Below, piece by piece: positions 38,296-47,966 of a stretch of DNA of 64,000 nucleotides (position 1 is the first letter of the stretch; every line of letters begins with the position of its first letter). The position numbers and the translations under genes were made by a program. Location: sequence record NC_070936.1. The stretch is one strand, 5' to 3'. The notes beneath the pieces are model-generated. The model was not told the DNA's origin. It made no database searches and was given only the letters and a program-made list of their open reading frames with translations.

Positions 38296-39521
38296 CTTGT
38301 CTTTCCTAGATCAACAGCGTGAATCTTAAACATCCACCCTTTCATTAATGTTCCTGGATCACCTGGGTTAATGCTGTCGTTTGGAACAACGTTACCATCA
38401 AGAGTACCAGTAGTTAACATGGGGTATTTGTTATAGACACGCAAGTCGTGAGACCAGAGACGTTGACCAATACCATACGTCCTGATGTATGGAACTGGGA
38501 ACATCCCATTATCCACTACTAAAGGATGTTGGAACTTCTCTTCAGTGTGGAGCACAGTCGGGTAATGGAAGGTAGTCATAGGACTGACATCCACACCCAC
38601 ACTAGGGTTATCGATTAACACGATGAAACTATTATCAGCCAAGAGAGCTTGCTGCTTGTAAGTATCGAACTTAGTGAGGTTCGTTAACTTAGGTGTTCTG
38701 GTGTAGTGTTGATAGTTGAAGTAATGATGGATAACATCAAAAGCTGTGAGATCAATAGAGATACGATCATCAGCAACTTTATAAACAATATCTGTATCAA
38801 CCATCAGCTGTCCATTAACGACAACATAAATGGTTTTAGCATTCAAGTCATCTTTTACTTTTACTTCCCAACGTTTATTAGAAGTAGTCGAGACTTCTTG
38901 AAGAATATCCTTAGTAATCGGGATCGTTTTAACTTTACCGATTTTCTGGAAATTGAGAGCGCCAATGCGCAGGTCTTTACGATTCTTAATATAATCAAGA
39001 CCAGCGCCTAATAAATAGATTCCATCTTTACGTCCAACCGACCGAGTAAAGACACCATTAACTTGGAACAATGCATGATCATTAATATGATTGTAATCGA
39101 TATTTTGATACCTGTATTGTTCTATTCTGATATCAGGTGCACCATCAGAAGTGAGTAGGTCCTGTCTATCATTTGCGAGGTTTATGTTAGCCGGATAGTG
39201 GAAGTAACCATAGGTGAAAATACGTTCCAACTTAACATAACGGTACTTATCACCAGGCATAACGTCAGATAAAGTCAAGACATCATTTACTTTGGTATCT
39301 AACCATTTCTGAATAGTTAATGTTGGATTTTTGGCGAAGTCAAGTCGGTAATCTTGAAGAGTTATACAAACCTTATCTTTGAACATACTGTCATCAATGA
39401 CAATATAAAGAAGGTCAAACAACTTCTCAAGATCAGCGACGCTATAGTCAGCAATATCAACTATGTGATAGCCTGGTCTATAGTCTCTGTATCGCCCCAC
39501 TGAGTATTTGTATGTATACAT
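38292..39521 (-). CDS. Virion structural protein (phiKZ gp139-like)
   Basis: 409 aa; LFQVNGVF, GALNF..IG.V...PI and YVVVNGQL motifs recalled from the conserved family. Confidence 0.5.
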   Translation of the reverse strand: MYTYKYSVGRYRDYRPGYHIVDIADYSVADLEKLFDLLYIVIDDSMFKDKVCITLQDYRLDFAKNPTLTIQKWLDTKVNDVLTLSDVMPGDKYRYVKLERIFTYGYFHYPANINLANDRQDLLTSDGAPDIRIEQYRYQNIDYNHINDHALFQVNGVFTRSVGRKDGIYLLGAGLDYIKNRKDLRIGALNFQKIGKVKTIPITKDILQEVSTTSNKRWEVKVKDDLNAKTIYVVVNGQLMVDTDIVYKVADDRISIDLTAFDVIHHYFNYQHYTRTPKLTNLTKFDTYKQQALLADNSFIVLIDNPSVGVDVSPMTTFHYPTVLHTEEKFQHPLVVDNGMFPVPYIRTYGIGQRLWSHDLRVYNKYPMLTTGTLDGNVVPNDSINPGDPGTLMKGWMFKIHAVDLGKTR

Positions 39522-39550
39522 GTTCTAAACCTTATAGAGGAACATAGCTA

Positions 39551-40315
39551 ATGTCAAAAGATTCAAGGGTTCAAGTATCTGGCAAAATAGTTTATCCATG
39601 GAACCCGTTCCAGGATTTAGCTGATTGTCGTGTTACTGGAGAACCAGTACACGTTGAAGGTGGAAACAAAGGAGCAATTGTTGTTCCTCGTAATGGTCCA
39701 TTCTTCAGCCGTAACTTTGTTATTAAAAAGAAAGGGTCTGATCGCCCCCTTAGTATGGAAGCAGGTGAATATAGTTTCATCCATCCATTCGGTGCCTTCA
39801 TTAAACGTTACAACCGTTTAGCCTGGGGCGCTATTGTTATTAAGGGTGTTGCTACCCCTACTGATTACATTATTGAGTATGACACCATTGGTGGTGATTT
39901 TGTACTAAATGATGCAGCTTATGCGGAAGCAGTAGCTAATACTCTTACAGCCCCACGTACGATTGACTGGAACGATATTGTCAATCTACCTCTGGTATGG
40001 CCACCAGATCCACACGAACACCCAGCATCAGATACCATGAACTATGGTGACTTGATCGCTTGGATGCAATCTTACTTGGATGCCATCACAGATACCGACA
40101 CCAGTGTTAGTTTCGTATCTGAATTCAAGAAACACTTAGAAGCGGATCTTCAGGATGCCCACAAAGCAACCCTGGAGATGTTAGGTGTTGCGCATCTTAA
40201 AGACTGGGCGATGGCAGAGGTTAAAGATATCGAAGGTAACTCTACCGAACTGCTTGTTAACATCGCTGTCTTGAAAGAAGCCATTCGTGGGTATAGTCGT
40301 GGTGATTGGCGTTAA
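39551..40315 (+). CDS. Short tail-fibre/baseplate paralog
   Basis: 254 aa; YPWNP...V..E...VPRNGPFF and IDWNDIVNLPLVWPPDPHEH motifs match the N-terminal module of the next two genes. Confidence 0.65.
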   Translation: MSKDSRVQVSGKIVYPWNPFQDLADCRVTGEPVHVEGGNKGAIVVPRNGPFFSRNFVIKKKGSDRPLSMEAGEYSFIHPFGAFIKRYNRLAWGAIVIKGVATPTDYIIEYDTIGGDFVLNDAAYAEAVANTLTAPRTIDWNDIVNLPLVWPPDPHEHPASDTMNYGDLIAWMQSYLDAITDTDTSVSFVSEFKKHLEADLQDAHKATLEMLGVAHLKDWAMAEVKDIEGNSTELLVNIAVLKEAIRGYSRGDWR

Positions 40316-40327
40316 ATGATATTCACC

Positions 40328-40355
40328 TTAACCGGAATCTTCGGGTTCCGGTTAA
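40328..40355 (+). terminator. Terminator-like hairpin
   Basis: TTAACCGGAATC-TTCG-GGTTCCGGTTAA. Confidence 0.7.
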
Positions 40356-40378
40356 ATATATGAAAAGGGTTATATCCA

Positions 40379-43300
40379 ATGATCAAAGAAGACATTCCTT
40401 TATATAAACTTGACTTAACCGGTGAAGATCGGTTTAACAAAGTTAATATGGAATACATGTATCGTCAGGATGTAAAGAATAATAACATCGTCATACCTAA
40501 TTTCGCTCCATTCTATCAGAAGTCAGTAAGACTTTATGATAAGAACAAGAAGCCATTGATTGAAGGTGATGACTATGAGTTCTACGGGATTATGGGTAAG
40601 CTAACCAAGTTTACCGGTAAGCCTGTTGGATTGTTTATTCGTATCTTGAAAGATGAGATTACCGATTGGTATATCGATTACCAAGTTGTCGGTAACTTTA
40701 ATAAAATCACCAATGAAATCCTCAATATGCTTAAGAGCATTCATGAGGATGACCGTTATGTTGATTGGGAAAATATTAAGAATAAGCCATTGTGGTTTAT
40801 TCCTGAAATTCACCAACATGACCTGGCATATCAGATTTATGGTTTCACTGACTTAGTCCGTGAACTTAATCGTATTGCTGAACTGCAAGCCACCATGATC
40901 TCTGCACAAGACTTCATGGTTCAGACATTAAAACAACACTTGTTAGTTTATGTCGAAGGTTACCGTAAAGTTATTTATGATTTGGTTGACTCCCACATCA
41001 ATAACAAACATGATGCGCATGGTAACTATAAAGACAAGATAGGATTACCACTTGTTGACAACATCCCAGCAGCGACTCTACAAGAGACTCTGGAAGGTGT
41101 TCGTGATGACCTTACAATAACTCCGTTTAATGCCAAGCGTGCTGCTATGGCCGCTTCTGGGACCAATGAAAGGTTATATCCTTCTGGTTCTTTACCTATC
41201 CTTCGTTACGGTTCAGATACATTCATTCCTCCAACTATTTCAGGTTCCTTTGAAGGTCTTGGTGGGTTGAATAGACAGTCTGGTGCGATTGTTGAAACAG
41301 ATGGTACCTTGCTGATGCTTCAACACCGTAATAACGGTAAGATTCGTGGATTGTACTTCATTCGCTCTATCAACTGGCGTTCGCAAGACCCAGATTATGA
41401 ATTCACCTCTTATCAATACATCCATCCAACAGCTATAGCTGATGGCGCGCAACTTGATACCATTGTAAATGGCTCCAACCGTTATATCATGGTGGTAGGT
41501 GACTCAGTTAAAAATATCTGGTACTGGTGTGAAACTAAAGGTACGTTTAACCCTAACCGACACATCCTCCACCGTATTACTGGTGAATGGGTGGATAGAG
41601 ATCTGGCGGATAGGCGTGGTGGTTGGATTGATTACCCTACTTCTAAAATGTGTCTATTGGCTGACTCCAATTATGCGAATACTTGGTGTATTGTGCAGGG
41701 ATTTAACCTTTGGCAATTTGAAGAACGTAGACAATTGGAACATCCTTCTAACTGGTATAACGTTCGTGGGTGTAACCTGGGTGAAGCTGGTTTCTCATTC
41801 CATGTCTTCCATAACCTTTCCAGTAAAGGGATACGAGCTAAGGTAGATTTCACCCATCCCGTTTTTGGTAACAAGAACGATCAGTACTTCACACCTTGGT
41901 GGCCGCAGTTTGGTAAAGACGGTGAAGAGGACTATGAGATTATTTCTCATTATGCCAAATATGAACCTCCGGTTAAGGTAGTTTGGGGGCACCGTAGTAT
42001 TTTCAGTTATTGGAAAAAAGATCCTAAAGAAGATATTTGGAACTTTAGACTCCAATTTACAACTGCTGAAAGTGATAAACCCGGTGGTTGGAATGGTTAT
42101 CACGCAAACTTCAGAGCCAAGTTAACATTTGACTTTAATGGCGATAATGTTACCGTTCACGTCAGACCTACTGAAGGTAACCAAAGACTTTATACCATCG
42201 ACCCTTATAACCGCAAACCTGGGGTTAAAGAGTACGATGAGTATTATAAATGGATCTTTACTAACAGTTATCCTGATGGTTGTGACTTGATTGGTCATGC
42301 AATGGTTGCAGATGACCTGATCATATTTGCAGATGGGGCGTCAAACGGGACATTCCCAAGTCCTTATTTTTTATTGCACGCGGACTGGTTAAAATCTGCT
42401 GAAAACTTCCTGATGCCCATGGGGCAGAGTAGTTATTACGATGGACCGAAAGGTCATTATCGTACCTTTGATGAGTTAAACCCTCTTGGGTTAAGCGCAG
42501 GTTTCGTTGGTAACTATTATTTCCCTATGAATAGTAACGATCCTAAGTCTGGTTGCATTATGACCAAACAACTCATTGTTAAAAATGGTCAAAGTGTACC
42601 AGAATGGGTGGGTCGTAAGACCGACATCTATAATGATGATTTCAGCTGCCGTAAACCACCACAAATCTCGAACTATGATGGGAATAATGTAGAGCACTAT
42701 CCTTACCTTTCAGAAGTACACCGCACCAACCTAGGTCAACAGGTTAGATTTAATAACATCTCTAAACCTGTAGGTGTTGCGAACCCATATAACAGACCAA
42801 ATATCTATGCGGTATCTATGATGGGTGCATCAGCGGGTACACGGTTAATGGGTAATGGGGATGGTGGGTTTGGATTTGTTGGTGATGGGTTGTTAGCTTG
42901 GGAAATGGAAACCAAGTTACAGGATGATATTATCACATTCACTCCCAAAGTTGTATTTGATCTGAATACATTCGTAAGAAACCAGTTGGTTCAAATATTC
43001 GCCCCTCTTGGGTTTACTGCCGAGCAGGTAAGAGATTCTTGGAACGTATCTCGCTTCGTTGATACGCGAGGATACATTAGAGAGATATTCGGGGTTTATC
43101 GTATTGATCCTAATGGTCATTGTATCACTGGGGTAGTTGTTGGAATGTTGGGTGGGTATTCGTCCCCTACCAATAAAGATGGATATACCTACTACCGGGA
43201 TGTTATTTGGAACCAAGCATCGCCACCTAAGAGTGTCCTTACTGACAAGTTGGGTGCTCCAGGCGGTGGAGACTATTGGTATAATTATTGGAATGCCCCA

Positions 43301-44098
43301 GGTGGTTCCAAAATTTATCAAGGCGCTTGCACTTCAATTCCATTTAAGAAACGTGACCCAGATACGGGACAGGTAACTGACAACTCCACGTATCTTATCA
43401 ATCTTCGTTTCGATGGTAAATATTCCGCCCTTTATGGGGATGGTCGACCCAATATCTTTATCGAGATGGATGCCGCTACACACGGTATTATTCAATTACA
43501 ACAGTCATTTGGAGCATACTGGAATCTTATCGGTTCTGTAGATCACATGCCTTGGTATGGAGTGATTAATACCACAAAAGGATTGAATCTATTTGAAACA
43601 GCTGGTAACGGTGGACAAGTTCTGAACCAATATAAAGGAGCTTGGGAAGCAGCCGCACCAAGTGACTACTCCGGACCTATGGCTGTTGGTGCGACGAACA
43701 TCATCACACCAGCCTATACAGTCTATTTCCAGAAAATGACCAACATACTGTTAGCAGGAAAGATGTACAATATCCCGGCTCAGTATATCGACATCCTTGA
43801 CCAAGATCCAGATCCGGCTAATAAGGTTTATTATATTTACCTTTATTATACCGGTGGTATGGCCAAATATGTCGTCACTAATGAAGTACGACCAGAAACA
43901 TCAAGTCAGTCATTAATCGCTACTGTTTATTGTGGACCTACCCAGATTGACAGAATCGTTCCTTATAACAGATTCTCTCTTGATGGCGCTTCCTTCACAA
44001 CCAACAGACAAGGTTCTTCTGTACTTGGTTCTACTGGTTCTGTATTTGAAATTGGTGATACGGATGCTATTTTGAAACCTGGTGACTTTATACCTTAA
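40379..44098 (+). CDS. Tail-fibre-like virion protein, paralog 1
   Basis: 1239 aa; DLTG..RFNKV, IPNFAPFY, VDWENIKNKP...H.H and PPTISGSFEGLGG motifs; beta-rich, Trp/Gly-rich central region. Confidence 0.7.
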   Translation: MIKEDIPLYKLDLTGEDRFNKVNMEYMYRQDVKNNNIVIPNFAPFYQKSVRLYDKNKKPLIEGDDYEFYGIMGKLTKFTGKPVGLFIRILKDEITDWYIDYQVVGNFNKITNEILNMLKSIHEDDRYVDWENIKNKPLWFIPEIHQHDLAYQIYGFTDLVRELNRIAELQATMISAQDFMVQTLKQHLLVYVEGYRKVIYDLVDSHINNKHDAHGNYKDKIGLPLVDNIPAATLQETLEGVRDDLTITPFNAKRAAMAASGTNERLYPSGSLPILRYGSDTFIPPTISGSFEGLGGLNRQSGAIVETDGTLLMLQHRNNGKIRGLYFIRSINWRSQDPDYEFTSYQYIHPTAIADGAQLDTIVNGSNRYIMVVGDSVKNIWYWCETKGTFNPNRHILHRITGEWVDRDLADRRGGWIDYPTSKMCLLADSNYANTWCIVQGFNLWQFEERRQLEHPSNWYNVRGCNLGEAGFSFHVFHNLSSKGIRAKVDFTHPVFGNKNDQYFTPWWPQFGKDGEEDYEIISHYAKYEPPVKVVWGHRSIFSYWKKDPKEDIWNFRLQFTTAESDKPGGWNGYHANFRAKLTFDFNGDNVTVHVRPTEGNQRLYTIDPYNRKPGVKEYDEYYKWIFTNSYPDGCDLIGHAMVADDLIIFADGASNGTFPSPYFLLHADWLKSAENFLMPMGQSSYYDGPKGHYRTFDELNPLGLSAGFVGNYYFPMNSNDPKSGCIMTKQLIVKNGQSVPEWVGRKTDIYNDDFSCRKPPQISNYDGNNVEHYPYLSEVHRTNLGQQVRFNNISKPVGVANPYNRPNIYAVSMMGASAGTRLMGNGDGGFGFVGDGLLAWEMETKLQDDIITFTPKVVFDLNTFVRNQLVQIFAPLGFTAEQVRDSWNVSRFVDTRGYIREIFGVYRIDPNGHCITGVVVGMLGGYSSPTNKDGYTYYRDVIWNQASPPKSVLTDKLGAPGGGDYWYNYWNAPGGSKIYQGACTSIPFKKRDPDTGQVTDNSTYLINLRFDGKYSALYGDGRPNIFIEMDAATHGIIQLQQSFGAYWNLIGSVDHMPWYGVINTTKGLNLFETAGNGGQVLNQYKGAWEAAAPSDYSGPMAVGATNIITPAYTVYFQKMTNILLAGKMYNIPAQYIDILDQDPDPANKVYYIYLYYTGGMAKYVVTNEVRPETSSQSLIATVYCGPTQIDRIVPYNRFSLDGASFTTNRQGSSVLGSTGSVFEIGDTDAILKPGDFIP

Positions 44099-44107
44099 AA
44101 CTAAATA

Positions 44108-44141
44108 ACTACTGGGGCGATCTTTTGATCGCTCCAATAGT
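44108..44141 (+). terminator. Terminator-like hairpin
   Basis: GGGGCGATC-TTTT-GATCGCTCC with flanking extension and downstream TTTATT. Confidence 0.65.
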
Positions 44142-44158
44142 TTATTATCGAGGTTGAA

Positions 44159-47100
44159 ATGAAAGATTTAGATATTGTCGATATCGATTACTCGGCTAAG
44201 AAAGCTGAGTTTAAGAAAGAAGACAAAGTAGATCTTGCTAAAATTTCTCCACCATGGATAGTACCAGAAGAAGGTCCGATGTATGGGGACAATACTCTTC
44301 GGGTTATCAGAGGTGGATTGGATTTAGTAAGAGGTAAGGATTGGGTTCCTGTAACGGACGTCCCAAAATTATCAGAGCTTACTGGTAAACCTGTTTATCT
44401 TTATATCGAATTAAAAGACCACGTCCTGGCAACAGGTGGTGAAGTAAGTGTTGTTTATCAGCGAGTGGGTAAACCAGTAATATCTGTTAAGACATTATTG
44501 GATATGCTTCAGCAAATGGTTATTGAAGGGAAACCAGTTGACTGGGAAACCCAGATCAATAACAAGCCAGACACTTACTACCCAGCGTGGCACTCTCACG
44601 ACATTCAAAACCCAAATGAGTTAGTTGGGTTTGGTGGTCTGGTTGAACTGTTTAGTATGTTTACTTACAGAGCAAAAGCCGACGGTGGGAAGGTTCGTGA
44701 GTTACTGGAAAAACTCCAGAAAGAAGTTTGGGATAAATTAAACTATACCCAGAAACTTCTTTGGGGTGTAATTATGGATCATAGCCGTAATTACCAAAAC
44801 CCACATAAGTTAAAGCCAGCCGATATCGATCTGGGTAATGTTGGGAACTTTGCAACTGCAACTCCTCAACAAGATGCCGACGCAATGCGTGATGATCTGT
44901 ACTCGACTCCAGCTGGTCTGAAAAGACTCACTGAAGAACTTGCGCCAGATACAGAAGACTTCATTGTTCAGTCCGAATTACCTTTCGGGTACTTTGGTTC
45001 TGGCATCTATATCCCGCCACCAATCACAGGTTCTTTCGAAGGACTGGGTGGTGACTATGAGAACTCGGCTTTCTGTCAGGAAGGGAATGGTTGGACTGTT
45101 GGGTTGTTAAGAGCATTTGATGGTCGTGTTAAGAACCTGTATTACATTTATAAGACAGATGTAAGAAACAGGGACGAGAAACTTGTTCCTTGGTTACACA
45201 CCTACGTCCAATACCAGCATCCAACAATTACTGCTGACGGCTTGGAACCTAACTACGTTATTAACGGTTCTAATAACGATATCATCATGTTGGGTGTTAG
45301 TGATAACCCGACAGAACAATTGAAAGCGGATGAGAAGTTTTATATAAGCTTATCCAACTCAACTTTCGATCCAAATAGCCATGAGTTTAAAGAAACCAAC
45401 TTTGCTGAATTAAGAGGTCCTGAGGATTTAGTTCCGGCCGCTGGTTATACCACAATAGCACATGTTGGTTCTTGGGTTTATCTGATTGTTTCTTATAACA
45501 CCAAAGAAGGATTCACCCAACCAGATGGTGTTGGTGTAACCAACTATCAGCAATGGTTCTATCGTGCTAAATACTCAGACATCAATAATAAAGATGTTGA
45601 CAAAGTAGTATTCCAGCAAGTTGATGTTACCTATGATAATGTCTCCAGAGTGAGAAAATCTGGTAAGGCAATGGCGATGATAGATTATCAGGCCAATGCT
45701 GCTGGCGAAATAACACGAGGGTTGGTTAACTACATCCCTTCTGTAACCACTGCAGAATCTCACAGACGTCGACAATTTATCATTGTTAACAATCCAAATA
45801 ACCCAGCTTTGTCACGGGTGAGGATACTAGCTATCTCATACGCGACCAAGACAACTCAAAACTCAGCGTATGCTGGTTGGGCGAACTTGATCGTCGATTA
45901 TGAATGGAACGGGGAAACGAATACCTGGACACTCTCTCCTCATTGGGAGTTTGGGACCTGGAGCGTTGAAACTGGGTCCATCATAAGTCCTACCAAAAGT
46001 TGGTTAGAATGGTGTAACGGGAATAATGAATCCCGATATCATTCTCAGTCATTCGCTATTAACGCCGGTAGTTATATTCCTGGGTTTGGTTTTGTTAGTA
46101 TCGGTTCTAGACAAACAGGTACACCGCCACTAATGGCGATATCTACGATCTATAACCGTGATGGTGATCCTCAACGCGATTATGAGTATATGGGTTTACC
46201 TCCTAACTGGACCACTGATTCTGGACTGTATAATGGTTGGTGGAACCAAATGGTATTAAGATCTCCATTTGGTGTATCTGGGTTCCCTCGTTTCTATGCT
46301 GACCTGTATCGCTTGGATGGTAAGATCAGACAAACCCCAATAGAAATATTCATGGCAGAAACTGAAGATCAGGATACTGCTAGTTTCTATCGTATTACTG
46401 AAGGTGGGGAAGGTGACAATTACGATAAACGTGATTCTCTCCAATCCAAATACATTCAGATGCCAATCTATGGTCGTAAAACAAACTCTAATTTTGGTAA
46501 GGTTAGTGGAACTCACTACGATGTGGCTACTGTTAACAGACCTAAGAAGAAGGATGTTAAAAGTAGAGAGACAGGTGTGTTTGGATATTTAAGACGCGGG
46601 ATCATTAAGAACCCTGGCGCACCATACATGTTCAGTCGTAAAACTTATGACGACGGAAGCATTAAAGAAATTGTTCAGGAAAATGATGGCAGTATTATTG
46701 TTAACCTGAACCTTAACTTTACAATGGAGCCACTGTCAAAAGTAATCTACGCCAAACCTATCGCTCAAGAGAAATTGAGAATACCTAAAGCAATTTGGGA
46801 AGGTGTGATTAAAACAGCTTTAGAAACCCACTATAGCAAAACTATAGATATGGGTGTCAGTTTCTATGTCTGTCAAGACCCAGGAACTAATGCTGACCAA
46901 CCATACTGCATGTTCTCAATTATTTACCACATCACCGACAATCCTAGGTTAACCAGATCTATCATTGGTCGGTTTAATTGGGATGTTGAGTCGGTAGGAG
47001 CGGATGGTATCAGAGTCATGAAGATGGGTGCTATTGATTATCCATTTAGTGGTTCTAACTACGCCAAGCAACGGTTAGTTCCTCCTTCTCAAAACCCAGA

Positions 47101-47923
47101 GAACGTTATCTCTTATAATGAACACCAAACTAATACTGATGGATCATGGGCTGGTTTGGAATATCGTTATGGTCTTAACATCTGTTATCCACATGTCGAA
47201 ATTCTTGACTTCCCAGAGGAAGGACCTAGAAATATGGAGATATGCTGGTTTACAGGAATACAGATTAAGACAACAGGTAACGCCACCACTCAACGTACAT
47301 TCTTAAGGGTGCGTAATAACCAAACCATCGAGGCTACTTCAGCCACTGGTAATGGTCAGTCCTTTAACGAATACTACTGGCAAGTCCAGGCCAACCCACA
47401 GTGGGGATGGTTGCAAGGTGTTCCTGCTGCTGAGTCTGGTGGTGCGATGGACTTGATGGTTCCATGGAAAGGTCCTGAGGGAAGTCTCCAAGCAGACCAA
47501 GACAAGTACGTTATGCTTGGCGCTACTTACGTTGAGGGTAACTGGTCTGTATTTATCAATGCCGATATTAATGTAACCTTTAATGGATACTCGATGCCGG
47601 CTAAGATGACCAACTGGGATTTGAGAGATCTTACCGATGTCTATCGTGATTCAACATTTTACCTTTACTGTGTCTCTGATGGTTCTGCTGCTCGGTATGA
47701 TATATCCAAGGTTTTAAGACACCATAACCCATCAGCTATTCTGGTTGGTGTCATTACGACAGATTCCTTTGGTATTGTTACCATTCAGCGTTATCAAAGT
47801 TTCACCATTAGTGGTTATCCTTTAACCCGTCAGCGTGATACAGGTGTGCCAGTATCTTCTGGAGCTATCACGGAACAAGGTACATATAAGTTCCTGAAAC
47901 GTAGCGAGTTGTATACAGGTTAA
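44159..47923 (+). CDS. Tail-fibre-like virion protein, paralog 2
   Basis: 1254 aa; VDWETQINNKP...HSH and PPPITGSFEGLGG motifs; C-terminal domain parallel to paralog 1. Confidence 0.7.
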   Translation: MKDLDIVDIDYSAKKAEFKKEDKVDLAKISPPWIVPEEGPMYGDNTLRVIRGGLDLVRGKDWVPVTDVPKLSELTGKPVYLYIELKDHVLATGGEVSVVYQRVGKPVISVKTLLDMLQQMVIEGKPVDWETQINNKPDTYYPAWHSHDIQNPNELVGFGGLVELFSMFTYRAKADGGKVRELLEKLQKEVWDKLNYTQKLLWGVIMDHSRNYQNPHKLKPADIDLGNVGNFATATPQQDADAMRDDLYSTPAGLKRLTEELAPDTEDFIVQSELPFGYFGSGIYIPPPITGSFEGLGGDYENSAFCQEGNGWTVGLLRAFDGRVKNLYYIYKTDVRNRDEKLVPWLHTYVQYQHPTITADGLEPNYVINGSNNDIIMLGVSDNPTEQLKADEKFYISLSNSTFDPNSHEFKETNFAELRGPEDLVPAAGYTTIAHVGSWVYLIVSYNTKEGFTQPDGVGVTNYQQWFYRAKYSDINNKDVDKVVFQQVDVTYDNVSRVRKSGKAMAMIDYQANAAGEITRGLVNYIPSVTTAESHRRRQFIIVNNPNNPALSRVRILAISYATKTTQNSAYAGWANLIVDYEWNGETNTWTLSPHWEFGTWSVETGSIISPTKSWLEWCNGNNESRYHSQSFAINAGSYIPGFGFVSIGSRQTGTPPLMAISTIYNRDGDPQRDYEYMGLPPNWTTDSGLYNGWWNQMVLRSPFGVSGFPRFYADLYRLDGKIRQTPIEIFMAETEDQDTASFYRITEGGEGDNYDKRDSLQSKYIQMPIYGRKTNSNFGKVSGTHYDVATVNRPKKKDVKSRETGVFGYLRRGIIKNPGAPYMFSRKTYDDGSIKEIVQENDGSIIVNLNLNFTMEPLSKVIYAKPIAQEKLRIPKAIWEGVIKTALETHYSKTIDMGVSFYVCQDPGTNADQPYCMFSIIYHITDNPRLTRSIIGRFNWDVESVGADGIRVMKMGAIDYPFSGSNYAKQRLVPPSQNPENVISYNEHQTNTDGSWAGLEYRYGLNICYPHVEILDFPEEGPRNMEICWFTGIQIKTTGNATTQRTFLRVRNNQTIEATSATGNGQSFNEYYWQVQANPQWGWLQGVPAAESGGAMDLMVPWKGPEGSLQADQDKYVMLGATYVEGNWSVFINADINVTFNGYSMPAKMTNWDLRDLTDVYRDSTFYLYCVSDGSAARYDISKVLRHHNPSAILVGVITTDSFGIVTIQRYQSFTISGYPLTRQRDTGVPVSSGAITEQGTYKFLKRSELYTG

Positions 47924-47925
47924 TA

Positions 47926-47955
47926 GAATGGGGAGGAAACTCCCCTTTCTTATTT
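47926..47955 (+). terminator. Terminator-like hairpin
   Basis: GAATGGGGAG-GAAA-CTCCCCTTTC-TTATTT. Confidence 0.65.
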
Positions 47956-47966
47956 AGGAGATTTTC